47,465 nucleotides of DNA from a virus (Duplodnaviria > Heunggongvirae > Uroviricota > Caudoviricetes), in the IMG/VR virus record IMGVR_UViG_3300034196_000151. The stretch is one strand, 5' to 3'. Below are positions 1 through 9,262 of this stretch, piece after piece. The notes below the pieces were generated by a model. It had not been told where the DNA came from. It searched no databases and saw only the letters and a program-made list of their open reading frames with translations. Every line of letters starts with the position of its first letter. The first letter of the stretch is position 1. Made by a program: the position numbers and the translations under genes.

Positions 1-80
1 ACGTAGTTGTGGTTCACTTGCAACAGTGCGAGACTTTTGCCGGAGTTCATTACTGCGTGACGGAAGTAGAGCTTAGCCAT
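1..80 (-). CDS. tdk: Thymidine kinase, N-terminal 26 codons (runs off window edge)
   Basis: Read by hand: MAKLYFRHAVMNSGKSLALLQVNHNY, closely resembling the N-terminus and P-loop of enterobacterial Tdk ([21 protein letters not shown]); SD-like AGGA upstream. Confidence 0.85.
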   Translation of the reverse strand, partial: MAKLYFRHAVMNSGKSLALLQVNHNY

Positions 81-111
81 GATGGTGTTCCTAGTTCGTT
101 TCGATGGGATA

Positions 112-140
112 ATTATACCAAAAGCCCGCCACAACGGCAA
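112..140 (-). promoter_or_regulatory. Sigma70 promoter for tdk, overlapping the upstream terminator hairpin
   Basis: TTGCCG-17 nt-TATAAT on the minus strand. Confidence 0.7.
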
Positions 141-176
141 GCTTTTATTGGTCAAAAACTCCAAATCGTCCCGAAT

Positions 177-401
177 TTATTGGGCGTAATAGACTTCGTT
201 GATTTTCGCAACATCACACGAAACGACACCTTTACCATGATGTTCAAGGTATTGGCAAGCATTCCAGAAGGTGTTATCCACATCAGTAAAATCCGTATCA
301 GGATACGCCCATACAATGCAGTCTTTATCAACATACAAGCTAGCATATTGATCGTCTTCCATCTGGATATTACGAATTTCAATCCCACAAATCTGTTTCA
401 T
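177..401 (-). CDS. Hypothetical protein (74 aa)
   Basis: Minus-strand ORF with AGGT SD-like motif, followed by a hairpin at ~120-146. Confidence 0.55.
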   Translation of the reverse strand: MKQICGIEIRNIQMEDDQYASLYVDKDCIVWAYPDTDFTDVDNTFWNACQYLEHHGKGVVSCDVAKINEVYYAQ

Positions 402-429
402 AAAATCTACCTATCTAATGTGTTTCGAT

Positions 430-564
430 TCAGTCGAACCTTACAGGAACACAAGGGCCATCCCAATTTTGAACGATTGGGGTGAATTTTGGATAAGCTG
501 CAATGTCAGCGAGGGTACACCATGTAAAATCGTAAGGAATACCAAGAGTGGTCATGATTTTCAT
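430..564 (-). CDS. Small hypothetical protein (44 aa, MKIMTTLGIPYDFTW...)
   Basis: Read by hand; fills the gap in the minus-strand gene series; below ORF track cutoff. Confidence 0.35.
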   Translation of the reverse strand: MKIMTTLGIPYDFTWCTLADIAAYPKFTPIVQNWDGPCVPVRFD

Positions 565-678
565 AATATTAAAATACTCTTTTCGAAATATGGGTCTATT
601 TTACCACCAACAGCATTTAGCTACAAGCTTTAAATAAAAAGCCCAACACGGGGTTGGGCTATTGAACACAAGACAAAG

Positions 679-1020
679 TTAGGCCGACTTCGGAACCGCA
701 AAGTATTCCAGCTTGGTGCGGTCGCCTTTTTGAGCAATAAATTTACGAATAAGTGCGTTAGGATGCGGACGCATGTAGTGTTCGACTTGTTTGGTGGATG
801 CGGCTACAACAACATCAAGATTCAAACCCAGATACATGCCAGAACCCAAGCCACGGCTAGTCACTTGTTTAATACAGAACTGAATTCCACCTGCAGTTGG
901 AAAGAACATAATGCGATGGCTGCTCATAACCCCCATAGGCTTGCCGGGTTCACCGAACTCAACGGCTTCGATTTCTTCATTTTGCAGTTGAACGAGAAGT
1001 GCTTTCAGGCTAGTGCTCAT
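679..1020 (-). CDS. Hypothetical protein (113 aa)
   Basis: Start moved to MSTSLK, downstream of SD AAGGA and a TATAAT-like promoter; terminator at ~635-660. Confidence 0.65.
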   Translation of the reverse strand: MSTSLKALLVQLQNEEIEAVEFGEPGKPMGVMSSHRIMFFPTAGGIQFCIKQVTSRGLGSGMYLGLNLDVVVAASTKQVEHYMRPHPNALIRKFIAQKGDRTKLEYFAVPKSA

Positions 1021-1093
1021 GAATAAATATCCTTGTTTGGTTGTTGAGGCTATTATAACAATAATGAAAAACGAAAACAATGTTTTTTGATTA

Positions 1094-1333
1094 TTAATTC
1101 GACTGATAGGTAAAGGATTTTTTAAATTCAGACACAGTTGAATGGGAGCCTTTACGGTAGTTAGTGGAGTAATGAACAACATCACCTACAACATCAGTCA
1201 CCGTTGCTACAATAGGCGTACAATAGCGATCTACTACATCATCAAGCATAGCCCATACTTGCCCCTTCTTAGGTGCTGGCTGTTCAGGAACTGGAGTGCT
1301 GAATATTTTTTTGAGAACATTAATAAATTTCAT
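1094..1333 (-). CDS. Hypothetical protein (79 aa)
   Basis: ORF on the dominant strand; no recognised motif. Confidence 0.6.
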   Translation of the reverse strand: MKFINVLKKIFSTPVPEQPAPKKGQVWAMLDDVVDRYCTPIVATVTDVVGDVVHYSTNYRKGSHSTVSEFKKSFTYQSN

Positions 1334-1452
1334 GTAGACTCCTGATGAATAGAAAAGCAGTAGAGATCATCTAACAGGTAAGTATTTTACCAAAAACAAA
1401 GAAAAAAGGCAATAAAAAAATGGCCGAAGCCATTTTATATAACACTGAACAA

Positions 1453-1887
1453 TTAAGCAATATCCCAGTGTTCCACATAACCTTTACGAGTTGCAAAGTC
1501 AATGATAAAAATGAAAAAGGAGCTAAAAAGTCCTACCACAAGAGACATGATGATAGGGAAGTAATTTAAAGTAATGGCCGAAACATTGGCACCAAAATCA
1601 GCCGCCGACAAAGCAACAGTAATCGGTGTAGGTTTTTTATTGTTCTGGATAAATTGAACAAATTGCTCCAGAGACACTTTTTTTACAACCTGTTTTCCAT
1701 CAACCACAATGGTTCCTTCGAAAATCTCACCACCATTATAGCCATGATAGCTTTCAACATGGGTCAAAACACCACTGTAAGAAGCTGTCTGGAAAAGGTG
1801 CATATTCTCTTTATTATCCTGATGGACAAATAAAATAGCACAAATAAAGGAAATGAAAAGAACAAAAGAAATATTCGAAGTTTTCAT
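1453..1887 (-). CDS. Membrane protein with N- and C-terminal hydrophobic segments
   Basis: Two hydrophobic stretches; SD AAGGGG; own promoter and UUCG terminator. Confidence 0.65.
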   Translation of the reverse strand: MKTSNISFVLFISFICAILFVHQDNKENMHLFQTASYSGVLTHVESYHGYNGGEIFEGTIVVDGKQVVKKVSLEQFVQFIQNNKKPTPITVALSAADFGANVSAITLNYFPIIMSLVVGLFSSFFIFIIDFATRKGYVEHWDIA

Positions 1888-1943
1888 GTTAGCCCCTTGG
1901 TTTAAGATGACCTATTATACCAAAGACAAAAACAAATAGATAT

Positions 1944-1967
1944 AAAAAAAATGGGCCGAAGCCCATT
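1944..1967 (-). terminator. Intrinsic terminator with C(UUCG)G loop
   Basis: AATGGGC-TTCG-GCCCATT followed by a T-run on the minus strand. Confidence 0.85.
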
Positions 1968-1989
1968 ATTTTATACTGACCTGACTTAA

Positions 1990-2442
1990 TCAAGCGGCCA
2001 GTTGTTGTTCTTGCAAGGCTTCTTTCAGCAGGCGGTCAGAGATGAGAGCGACTTGCAAGCCCATCAACATGGTTTCGACTTTATTGACCGACTTGCGAAG
2101 GTCGATGATTTTATTGGTCAGCACCAACTCTTCCAGCGACATCGGTTGAACCTTCGACAGTTCAAGGTTGCTTTCATGACGCAAGGTGTCGAGGTCTTTT
2201 GCCGCCGGGAATTCACGGGTGTGAACTTCACCACCAGCTTCGGTCAGCAGAATGGCTTCGGAGTTGAACACCGCCACCAAACCTTTACGGGTCAGGTTGA
2301 GCACAACAGCATTCACCTGATTAGGCTTGATGGCTTCTGGGCCTTTGCTGAGGTCTTTGATCATGATTTCAGGAGCGGAAGAACGCATGGCAACAGCGAT
2401 GTTGCGGATAACAGCACGTTCGAGAGCGGTAACTTGAGTCAT
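1990..2442 (-). CDS. Hypothetical protein, possible winged-helix N-domain plus coiled coil (150 aa)
   Basis: Start MTQVTALE after SD GGAG; helix-LTRKGLV-strand-LTEAG pattern is typical of winged-helix wings (inference). Confidence 0.55.
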   Translation of the reverse strand: MTQVTALERAVIRNIAVAMRSSAPEIMIKDLSKGPEAIKPNQVNAVVLNLTRKGLVAVFNSEAILLTEAGGEVHTREFPAAKDLDTLRHESNLELSKVQPMSLEELVLTNKIIDLRKSVNKVETMLMGLQVALISDRLLKEALQEQQLAA

Positions 2443-2551
2443 GGTGTATCTCCGAGAAGGTTGGTTGCTTCGTTTTGATGTGTCTATCATATCAAAAAGC
2501 AGATTATTCGACAAGCTTTATTTTCATCATTTTGAATAAAACCCAAATAAA

Positions 2552-2647
2552 TCAAGCAGGCCAAAACCCATCATCAGACCAGTCTTCATCATTACAACCA
2601 AAAAAAGCTTCTGCGAAAAGAAGGCACAAAATAATAGATTTAATCAT
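2552..2647 (-). CDS. Possible 31-aa peptide (MIKSIILCLLFAEAFFGCNDEDWSDDGFWPA)
   Basis: Short ORF between two cassettes; hydrophobic N-half, acidic tail; weak SD. Confidence 0.25.
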   Translation of the reverse strand: MIKSIILCLLFAEAFFGCNDEDWSDDGFWPA

Positions 2648-2683
2648 ACGGATGATACTCAGTAGGTTGGGGTGATGTGGATA

Positions 2684-2910
2684 ATAAAAAAAGGCACCCT
2701 CATGGATGCCTTTCTTCTGATAGAAGTTACTCTGCGTCTTGATGACGATTACGACGCTTGTCACGCCATTGGCGGTCTTTTTTGTTGTGCTGAGCTTTCT
2801 CGCTGTCATGTTTCTTTGCACCGCTGAAACGTTCAACTGCGTCACCGAAAGAACCTTGCATGTTGTAACTCCTAACCTTGGGTTTGTGTTGTTTCGTTTT
2901 GATGTGTCTA
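2684..2910 (-). repeat. ~225-bp repeat unit 1 (promoter, leader, 44-aa ORF, terminator)
   Basis: Near-identical to 3583-3811 and 4170-4390 by direct comparison. Confidence 0.9.
2727..2861 (-). CDS. Basic microprotein copy 1 (44 aa, MQGSFGDAVERFSGAKKHDSEKAQHNKKDRQWRDKRRNRHQDAE)
   Basis: SD AGGAG; promoter TTTACT-17-TAGAAT; terminator; frame conserved across four copies. Confidence 0.85.
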   Translation of the reverse strand: MQGSFGDAVERFSGAKKHDSEKAQHNKKDRQWRDKRRNRHQDAE

Positions 2911-3017
2911 TTCTAACAAAAATGAGTTTTTTAGTAAAGCTTTATTTTGAAAATAATAAAAAAACCAAATAAAAAAGCCCCAGAAAAATGAGGGGCTATT
3001 CAATGTTTTGAAAGTTT

Positions 3018-3215
3018 TTATCGAGGATTTTTTATAATATTAATTGCATACTCCCAATCATAATCAATGCTCTGATCTTGATCTTGCAGCAAACCCCACT
3101 CTACAAGACTTTTTGAATCAGTCATGGCATCAGCCAAAGTATCTTCATCAGAAGATGAGCGACCAACATTATCCAACCAAGATTCAAGATATTCTTTTAA
3201 GACTTTTTTATTCAT
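3018..3215 (-). CDS. Hypothetical acidic protein (65 aa)
   Basis: ORF with SD and downstream hairpin. Confidence 0.55.
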   Translation of the reverse strand: MNKKVLKEYLESWLDNVGRSSSDEDTLADAMTDSKSLVEWGLLQDQDQSIDYDWEYAINIIKNPR

Positions 3216-3259
3216 AATTAATACCCTATGTATATTAATGTAGTGCAGAAATTACTAGG

Positions 3260-3502
3260 CTAGATCAAAACTCGGCAGTCGCCGCCCTGCAAGTGAATGG
3301 AATAAATCTCATCAGAGAGTGCTTCGATAGCCTCTTCATTACCTGCCACACCACAAGCAACGACTTTTTCGAACATTTCGTGATCTGCAGGAAAATCAGT
3401 TGCGTAGACAGATACCAGTCCAATGCGAACACCGCCATGTTCCAGCATGGCAATGAAATAGTCAGCACCTTTAAAAATGAAGTTGGTAATGTTTGCGGTC
3501 AT
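3260..3502 (-). CDS. Hypothetical protein (80 aa)
   Basis: ORF with TATAAT promoter upstream. Confidence 0.6.
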   Translation of the reverse strand: MTANITNFIFKGADYFIAMLEHGGVRIGLVSVYATDFPADHEMFEKVVACGVAGNEEAIEALSDEIYSIHLQGGDCRVLI

Positions 3503-3582
3503 GTCTATGCCCTGTGAGGTTTGTTGAAGTAATTATAACAAAAACAAGTTTTTTGGTCAATAAAAAGTGTAGGTTTAATAAA

Positions 3583-3811
3583 ATAAAAAAAGGCACCCTA
3601 ACGGATGCCTTTCTTGTAGAAGATGTTATTCTGCGTCTTGATGACGATTACGACGCTTGTCACGCCATTGACGGTCTTTTTTATTGTGCTGAGCTTTCTC
3701 GCTGTCACGTTTCTTGTTGCCCGAAAAACGTTCTTGTGCGTCACCGAAAGAACCTTGCATGTTGTATCTCCTAGCCTTTGGGGTTTGTGTTGTTTCGTTT
3801 TGATGTGTCTA
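3583..3811 (-). repeat. ~225-bp repeat unit 2
   Basis: Near-identical to 2684-2910. Confidence 0.9.
3626..3760 (-). CDS. Basic microprotein copy 2 (44 aa, MQGSFGDAQERFSGNKKRDSEKAQHNKKDRQWRDKRRNRHQDAE)
   Basis: SD AGGAG; own promoter and terminator; same length and frame as copy 1. Confidence 0.85.
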   Translation of the reverse strand: MQGSFGDAQERFSGNKKRDSEKAQHNKKDRQWRDKRRNRHQDAE

Positions 3812-3866
3812 TAATACCAAAAATCATATTTCTAGACAAGCATTATTTTCTTAAACTTTAAAAATA

Positions 3867-4145
3867 TTACTCAAGGTCAAAATAGAAAACAATACGAGTT
3901 TTGCCATCAGCACATTGAAACGTGTGCTTGTATTCTGGGGTTGTGCAAGCTTTCCCACAGTGTAATCGTTTATCTGTTTGAACTTTATCAATCAACCTGC
4001 ATTGGTTGTCTTTATCTTTGACAAATGAAACCTCTTCGGGCCTTGTCAAGACAGCCATTAAGATACCACCACCGAAAACAGCAAAAACTATCAGAGAGGA
4101 TGTGGTTGCTAAACTCAATTCACTTTCAATTTTGTTATTAAACAT
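3867..4145 (-). CDS. Membrane-anchored protein with four Cys (92 aa)
   Basis: N-terminal hydrophobic helix followed by a Cys-containing soluble part. Confidence 0.6.
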   Translation of the reverse strand: MFNNKIESELSLATTSSLIVFAVFGGGILMAVLTRPEEVSFVKDKDNQCRLIDKVQTDKRLHCGKACTTPEYKHTFQCADGKTRIVFYFDLE

Positions 4146-4169
4146 AAGTAAATTTCACAATAAGGATGG

Positions 4170-4390
4170 ATAAAAAAAGGCACCCTAACGGATGCCTTTC
4201 TTCTGGTAGAAGTTTATTCTGCGTCTTGATGACGGTTGCGACGCTTATCACGCCATTGACGGTCTTTTTTATTGTGCTGAGCTTTCTCGCTGTCGTGTTT
4301 CTTAGCACCACTGAAACGTTCAACTGTGTCACCGAAAGAACCTTGCATTTTGTAACTCCTAACCTTGGGTTTGTGTTGTTTCGTTTTGAT
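4170..4390 (-). repeat. ~220-bp repeat unit 3
   Basis: Near-identical to units 1 and 2. Confidence 0.9.
4214..4348 (-). CDS. Basic microprotein copy 3 (44 aa, MQGSFGDTVERFSGAKKHDSEKAQHNKKDRQWRDKRRNRHQDAE)
   Basis: SD AGGAG; promoter TTGTTT-17-TATACT; terminator. Confidence 0.85.
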   Translation of the reverse strand: MQGSFGDTVERFSGAKKHDSEKAQHNKKDRQWRDKRRNRHQDAE

Positions 4391-4438
4391 GGGATAAGTA
4401 TACCAACATCACCAAACAAAAACAACATTTTTCTCAAT

Positions 4439-4825
4439 TTATTTTGGAGAATAGACCTTGCCATAGTCTGCCATGTGTTCGGCTGCGTCCGGGTCATCGG
4501 AATAGGCAGGCAAAGCCACACCAGCACCCTGTTCGTCCAAGACGTTAGGGTTTACATCGAAAGCACCATAAATAGTCAACTCACCAGAACGTGATTCTGA
4601 ACGGTTTAGGAGCACTTTGATATTCATTTCATTGGCGAGATCCTGCACCACTTCTTTTGCTTTTGACTTAGCCAGATTTCCATAGACTTCAAACCACGGC
4701 AAACCGTCTTCAAGCTTCAAACGGGAACCAACAATGCCATTCAAGACACCAAGATTCCATTTAGACATCACACGATTAAACGCCTGTTCCAACTCAACAA
4801 TATTTTTAGTATTAATTTCAGTCAT
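4439..4825 (-). CDS. Hypothetical protein (128 aa)
   Basis: ORF with SD GAGG and promoter. Confidence 0.65.
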   Translation of the reverse strand: MTEINTKNIVELEQAFNRVMSKWNLGVLNGIVGSRLKLEDGLPWFEVYGNLAKSKAKEVVQDLANEMNIKVLLNRSESRSGELTIYGAFDVNPNVLDEQGAGVALPAYSDDPDAAEHMADYGKVYSPK

Positions 4826-4933
4826 AATCCACCTCTTAGTTGAGCGGATTATACATTATAGACGTAATAAATACAATAGTTTATTGATAAAAAAACCCGC
4901 ACTAGGCGGGTAAGGTGGGAATTTTTTTTGATG

Positions 4934-5404
4934 TTAAGCGGAGAGCGGTTTAGCACTATATTCATCATAAGGCTGATGAACATAAGCAGCGTCCAGATGA
5001 ATTGCCAACTCTGCTACATCTTTAAACATAAACGATTGGCTGGGTTTGCCTTCGGTTGCTCGGATATAGAGTTCCCAACGGTCTTCACCCTGTCCATAAC
5101 CCCCTTCGATGATGTCAGCAGTGCCCCGCAAGATCAACTGGTGTTCATCGCCGCATGGGTCTTGGTAAGGCACCTGACGGGCATCCAGAGCGGCACGGAT
5201 GTCATTGATGGTCAGTTTTTTCACCGGATAAAGATTGGCAACAAACTTAATTTCAAAAAGATGTTTAGGAGCATCTGGATAAAGGCTTTGGGCTTTCGCA
5301 AGTGCAGAAGAAGAATCTGCGGCCCAGACCTCGCCCATATAGACATTGTGAAAACGAATCTGAAAAAGTTTGGTGTCAGTTTCAAAGTTATGTTCGTTGT
5401 TCAT
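4934..5404 (-). CDS. Hypothetical protein (156 aa)
   Basis: Start moved to MNNEHN, downstream of a TATAAT promoter. Confidence 0.6.
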   Translation of the reverse strand: MNNEHNFETDTKLFQIRFHNVYMGEVWAADSSSALAKAQSLYPDAPKHLFEIKFVANLYPVKKLTINDIRAALDARQVPYQDPCGDEHQLILRGTADIIEGGYGQGEDRWELYIRATEGKPSQSFMFKDVAELAIHLDAAYVHQPYDEYSAKPLSA

Positions 5405-5487
5405 GATGTTCGCCTTGGAAGAAGTGAGTAGGGTGATTATACCAAACCACCCATTCAAAAACAACATTTTTCGGTTGAATTACCGAA

Positions 5488-5940
5488 TTAACGGCGGTAA
5501 TCGGCCATGTTGTAGATTTTGGCGGTTGGGCGTTCTGGCGTGCAAGCTTCGCCAAAAAGAAGGCCAGCCAAAGCAGATTTGATGCCGTCGATTTGTTCTT
5601 GGGAGAAAAGTTCTTTACCTTCTTCAAGCAGGTCAGCCAACGTTTCACCATTGCCAAACAGCACCTTGTCTTCAATAGGTGCCGGAGCAGCAACGACAGG
5701 TTCTACCACATCATCAGCCCGAAGGGTAGGGCACATGCTGTATACACCACGCGGATAGAAGCATTCTTTGCCATCGTAGATGAAAATACCCTTGGTGACA
5801 GGCTTAGTTTCACCTTTCATAAGGAACGTCACACGCTTGGCAGTGCGTTTGGTAATGGTCGCTGTAACCATATACGAGGAATCACCAATCGAAGGGGTAG
5901 CGTAGGTTTTGCCAGCTTCGAGTTTGAGGATAGTTTCCAT
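5488..5940 (-). CDS. Phage/plasmid-type hypothetical protein (150 aa)
   Basis: ORF with own promoter; no recognised family. Confidence 0.65.
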   Translation of the reverse strand: METILKLEAGKTYATPSIGDSSYMVTATITKRTAKRVTFLMKGETKPVTKGIFIYDGKECFYPRGVYSMCPTLRADDVVEPVVAAPAPIEDKVLFGNGETLADLLEEGKELFSQEQIDGIKSALAGLLFGEACTPERPTAKIYNMADYRR

Positions 5941-6017
5941 GACGTTTTCCCTATGGGTTTCTGTTTTGATGGGATAATTATACTAAAATACTAAAACAAA
6001 AACAAGCTTTTTCTGGA

Positions 6018-6293
6018 TTAAACGAGGATTGTTTTAGAAGGTCGCTTGTAGGCACGCCATTTTGGGCCTTTATTGAAACGCTCACGGCTGGCCGATGCTT
6101 GGTCTGAATGGTTTCCGCATTTATCTTCCATACGAAGCATTTCAGCAGCGGCAACACCAATGTCTGTTTTGCATTGAACCTGAATTTCTTGGTTCAGCAC
6201 ACCATTGGTGAAGCAACGAACACCCCAGAGTTTCGGTTTGATACGAGTTACTTTGATTTCATGAGTAACATTGCCACCGATGATAACCTTCAT
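6018..6293 (-). CDS. Hypothetical protein (91 aa)
   Basis: ORF with SD GAGG and promoter. Confidence 0.6.
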   Translation of the reverse strand: MKVIIGGNVTHEIKVTRIKPKLWGVRCFTNGVLNQEIQVQCKTDIGVAAAEMLRMEDKCGNHSDQASASRERFNKGPKWRAYKRPSKTILV

Positions 6294-6390
6294 GAAAAAC
6301 CTCGTCTGGTAAAAGGCGACATTGTGTCGTTTGTAGGATGTAAGTATACCAAAAATCAGTTTTTAGAACAAGCACTATTTCAAAGAAAAC

Positions 6391-6410
6391 AAAAAGGGGC
6401 CGAAGCCCCT
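6391..6410 (-). terminator. Intrinsic terminator with C(UUCG)G loop
   Basis: GGGGC-TTCG-GCCCC followed by T5. Confidence 0.85.
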
Positions 6411-6433
6411 AGATGTGTTCAAAGTGGTTGATT

Positions 6434-6832
6434 TTAGTGCGGAAGGCACATTTCAACATTGAAGCGGTTGAACGCATCCACCAAGATTTCACGGGCCTTT
6501 TCAGCATCTTCTTCGGAGATAACAGAGCAGGCTTCGATGTATTTGATAGCAGAAGCATCAACGCCTTCTGGCAAATCAGTGTTAGCACCACTGGTGAAGG
6601 ACGCATTGTAGGCAACCAGCGACAGCTTGTGAGGTGCGTCGTAACCCAACAGTTCCAGACCGGGAGCTGTCCGCTCAGACGACAGTGCATAGAAGTGGGT
6701 CACACCATCATGGGAAAAGCTGAACTTGACGACAGCTTCACGGATAGCACCACTGTTACGGTCAGAAACAACGATTTTTTTGGCAGCAATGGCTTTCAAC
6801 AGAGCACGGTTAAATTTTTGAATGTGATTCAT
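6434..6832 (-). CDS. Hypothetical protein (132 aa)
   Basis: SD GAGGA; terminator downstream. Confidence 0.65.
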   Translation of the reverse strand: MNHIQKFNRALLKAIAAKKIVVSDRNSGAIREAVVKFSFSHDGVTHFYALSSERTAPGLELLGYDAPHKLSLVAYNASFTSGANTDLPEGVDASAIKYIEACSVISEEDAEKAREILVDAFNRFNVEMCLPH

Positions 6833-6870
6833 TTATTTTTCCTCGGGTGTTTGTTGTTGTGGTTATTGTA

Positions 6871-7596
6871 TCAATAGAATGCCATCTTTACAAGCGATTT
6901 TAAATTTTCGCTCCATTTTGAAAGGTCAATCAATTCCCGAATCTGTTCGAAACTGGCGTCTGGCATGGCTTCTTGTATTTTGTGTTTATAGTAACGGTTA
7001 AAAAATTCCATGTCCATCTTTCTCATGCTGGCTTGTGTCGTCAGCTTGTTGTTCGTGATGTAACATTTTAAGGGTTCTTGACCTTTATTACGAAAAAGAA
7101 TTAATGCGGTTTTCGAAACAGATTCATCAATGTGATCATATTTGAAACTGAAGGTCACACTGAAGTCAACCCGATTAAAATTCTGAAATGGGGCTGAGGT
7201 ATTGCCTTGATTGATTAATTCAAGGTGCTGATTAAGCCGGTTGATAAAAATGTCGATATTTTCAGATGCTGAATCATCAAAATATTCAGAATAAACATCA
7301 GTAATTTCAGGGCTGAATTTGAAATACAACGAGTGAGGGGTATCACCTTTGTAAGCTGTAATCATTGCTACGGTTTCGGCCTTGTCTACAACACCACCAT
7401 ACATACCCAGCGTATGCGGGCAAGAAGGCATGTTTTCAATAATACGTTGACCATTCGCATCTAAAGGGTAGCGGCAAACGCCCCAGCGATCAATGCCATA
7501 TTCAAAAGCAGCATTAGTGAACTTCTTGGAAAAGAACAAAGCCACGCCAAAACTTGGAAGTTTGATATGTTCTTCGTCAAAATCGGCTGGGTTCAT
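6871..7596 (-). CDS. Hypothetical protein (241 aa)
   Basis: Long ORF on the dominant strand; no recognised motif. Confidence 0.7.
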   Translation of the reverse strand: MNPADFDEEHIKLPSFGVALFFSKKFTNAAFEYGIDRWGVCRYPLDANGQRIIENMPSCPHTLGMYGGVVDKAETVAMITAYKGDTPHSLYFKFSPEITDVYSEYFDDSASENIDIFINRLNQHLELINQGNTSAPFQNFNRVDFSVTFSFKYDHIDESVSKTALILFRNKGQEPLKCYITNNKLTTQASMRKMDMEFFNRYYKHKIQEAMPDASFEQIRELIDLSKWSENLKSLVKMAFY

Positions 7597-7706
7597 GATG
7601 GGTCGTCCTGAAAGTAAGCAGAAACAAAAGGAAAGGCTTATTGGAATGCTCGCCCTTTGCCGCTTCGAAGACTTATTTTAACAAAAAACAGGTTATACTG
7701 CAACCT

Positions 7707-8177
7707 TTATTCATTTTGATTGCCATATTTGAGGAAATAAAGAAACTTCGCTTTATACTCAACAAATTTACTAACAGCAACCCATATGAAAAACAGAGCA
7801 CCCAACAGAAAAATCAGGATACCCAGCATTTTCCAGATAGATCCATGAACATTATTGTCAAGATTTTCTTGACTGAGATTTTTTTGCATAGGAATAGGTT
7901 TATTTCCACCGACTTCAAATTCACGATAAACCTTGTCTTGAATGGCATGACGAAATTTCTGTCCCGTCAAATCATCAACAAAGAAACCAGTGGTGTTGAA
8001 AAAGGTGTTTTGCTTTTGTTTGTAGGTGGTGCTACTGGTGTCCACAAGTGTGATATTTCGGATCGTTTTTGCTTCATAATCAACGCCAAAACTATAGAGC
8101 TTAATGCCATAGGTTACAAGAAGAACGCCGAAAACAACCAGCAAAATGTGAGTGATGTTCTTTTTGATAAAGTGCAT
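7707..8177 (-). CDS. Membrane protein, two TM segments (156 aa)
   Basis: N- and C-terminal hydrophobic helices; SD AAGG before MHFIKK. Confidence 0.65.
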   Translation of the reverse strand: MHFIKKNITHILLVVFGVLLVTYGIKLYSFGVDYEAKTIRNITLVDTSSTTYKQKQNTFFNTTGFFVDDLTGQKFRHAIQDKVYREFEVGGNKPIPMQKNLSQENLDNNVHGSIWKMLGILIFLLGALFFIWVAVSKFVEYKAKFLYFLKYGNQNE

Positions 8178-8283
8178 GGATGAATACCTTGTCAAGACAA
8201 AAGGGGGTTGAAGGCGATTATATCAAAATTATCGAGCTACAGCAACAAAAACCTCAAAAATGAGGTCTTTATCGTAAAATTGA

Positions 8284-8640
8284 TTATTCGCTAATCGTCA
8301 TCAGCAATTGTTGATAAGCGTTATCATAAACGGCAATATCACAATCGGCTTTGGTCAGCAAGGCTTCGCGGAATTTTTTGAAAGCGAGATCGAGAATATT
8401 TTTCTCTTTGTTCCCGATCACCAGCGAAAAGCCTGACGGGGTTGTTGACAATTTTTCAAGCAACACATTAAAAACGGCTTCTTCTTTGACACATTCGTCA
8501 ATAATCTGCAGGTTTTTCTTACTATATTGTCGATTGTATTTATTTGACGACGAATCGAGTGCGGCAACGAATTTCGCATTCGAGCCACCAAAGTCTTTGA
8601 TTTTGGTAACAAGCTGGAAGGGAGTGATTTTATTATTCAT
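8284..8640 (-). CDS. Hypothetical protein (118 aa)
   Basis: Start MNNKIT after SD GGAG. Confidence 0.6.
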   Translation of the reverse strand: MNNKITPFQLVTKIKDFGGSNAKFVAALDSSSNKYNRQYSKKNLQIIDECVKEEAVFNVLLEKLSTTPSGFSLVIGNKEKNILDLAFKKFREALLTKADCDIAVYDNAYQQLLMTISE

Positions 8641-8713
8641 GGAAACTCTCCAAATATGTGAGGTTAGTATACCACAACTGGAAAGCTTCCACAATGATAA
8701 AACTTAAAAATGA

Positions 8714-9178
8714 TTAACGCCAGTTGTTGGACTCATACTCACCATCTTCATCCCAATCATCATCACGGTCATCACAGCAAGGGCGATCCCCTTGATGCTG
8801 ATCCATATCACTCTTTTTAGTGGCATGTGGAACACTGGTGGTCATTGAGGCAAGGTGCCAAGCGGCGATACCGTTTTCTGAGCTGTCGTAGAACGTGTCG
8901 TTGATCTCGTCCCACGTTTTAGTCACCCAGTAATCACCATCGCAACTTGTGACCTTCGATTTAGTTTGTTCAGTGATATCCGTCCAAACGCCATCAACCA
9001 ACAAGACGTGTTGAAAGGTGTCTTCGATGTCAACAGCACCGTATCCGGTATAGACACCCCGCATGATCTCAACCAGCTTACCATCCGAAATCAACTGCAG
9101 TTCGCACAAGGTGCGTTCATGCCAAGGGTTCAGCAGAGGTTCGTTGTGGTTTTTGGAAATAAACGAGAAATTACCCAT
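8714..9178 (-). CDS. Hypothetical protein with acidic tail (154 aa)
   Basis: Start MGNFSF after SD GGAG; driven by the 38-bp repeated promoter. Confidence 0.65.
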   Translation of the reverse strand: MGNFSFISKNHNEPLLNPWHERTLCELQLISDGKLVEIMRGVYTGYGAVDIEDTFQHVLLVDGVWTDITEQTKSKVTSCDGDYWVTKTWDEINDTFYDSSENGIAAWHLASMTTSVPHATKKSDMDQHQGDRPCCDDRDDDWDEDGEYESNNWR

Positions 9179-9198
9179 GATTAGATCTCCATAAATGA

Positions 9199-9236
9199 GA
9201 AAGCCAGTATAACAGTTTCCTATTAGACTGGCAATC
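9199..9236 (-). promoter_or_regulatory. 38-bp repeated promoter/operator, copy 1
   Basis: TTGCCA-17-TATACT; 37/38 identical to 10318-10355; GCCAGT/ACTGGC inverted repeat. Confidence 0.75.
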
Positions 9237-9262
9237 ATTGTTGCTCAAAAAGTGGTTTTTAA

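Noticed and set aside
2727-2861. Microprotein is ArfA, Sra or RMF
   Set aside because: Similar size and charge but none of their motifs (for example ArfA KGKGSY); no homology claimed
2552-4594. Track ORFs 2552-2845, 2739-2972, 3623-3814, 4138-4527 and 4166-4594 as genes
   Set aside because: Alternative frames or antisense shadows of the repeated 44-codon gene; their lengths and stops vary between copies while the MQGS frame is conserved and has SD and promoter
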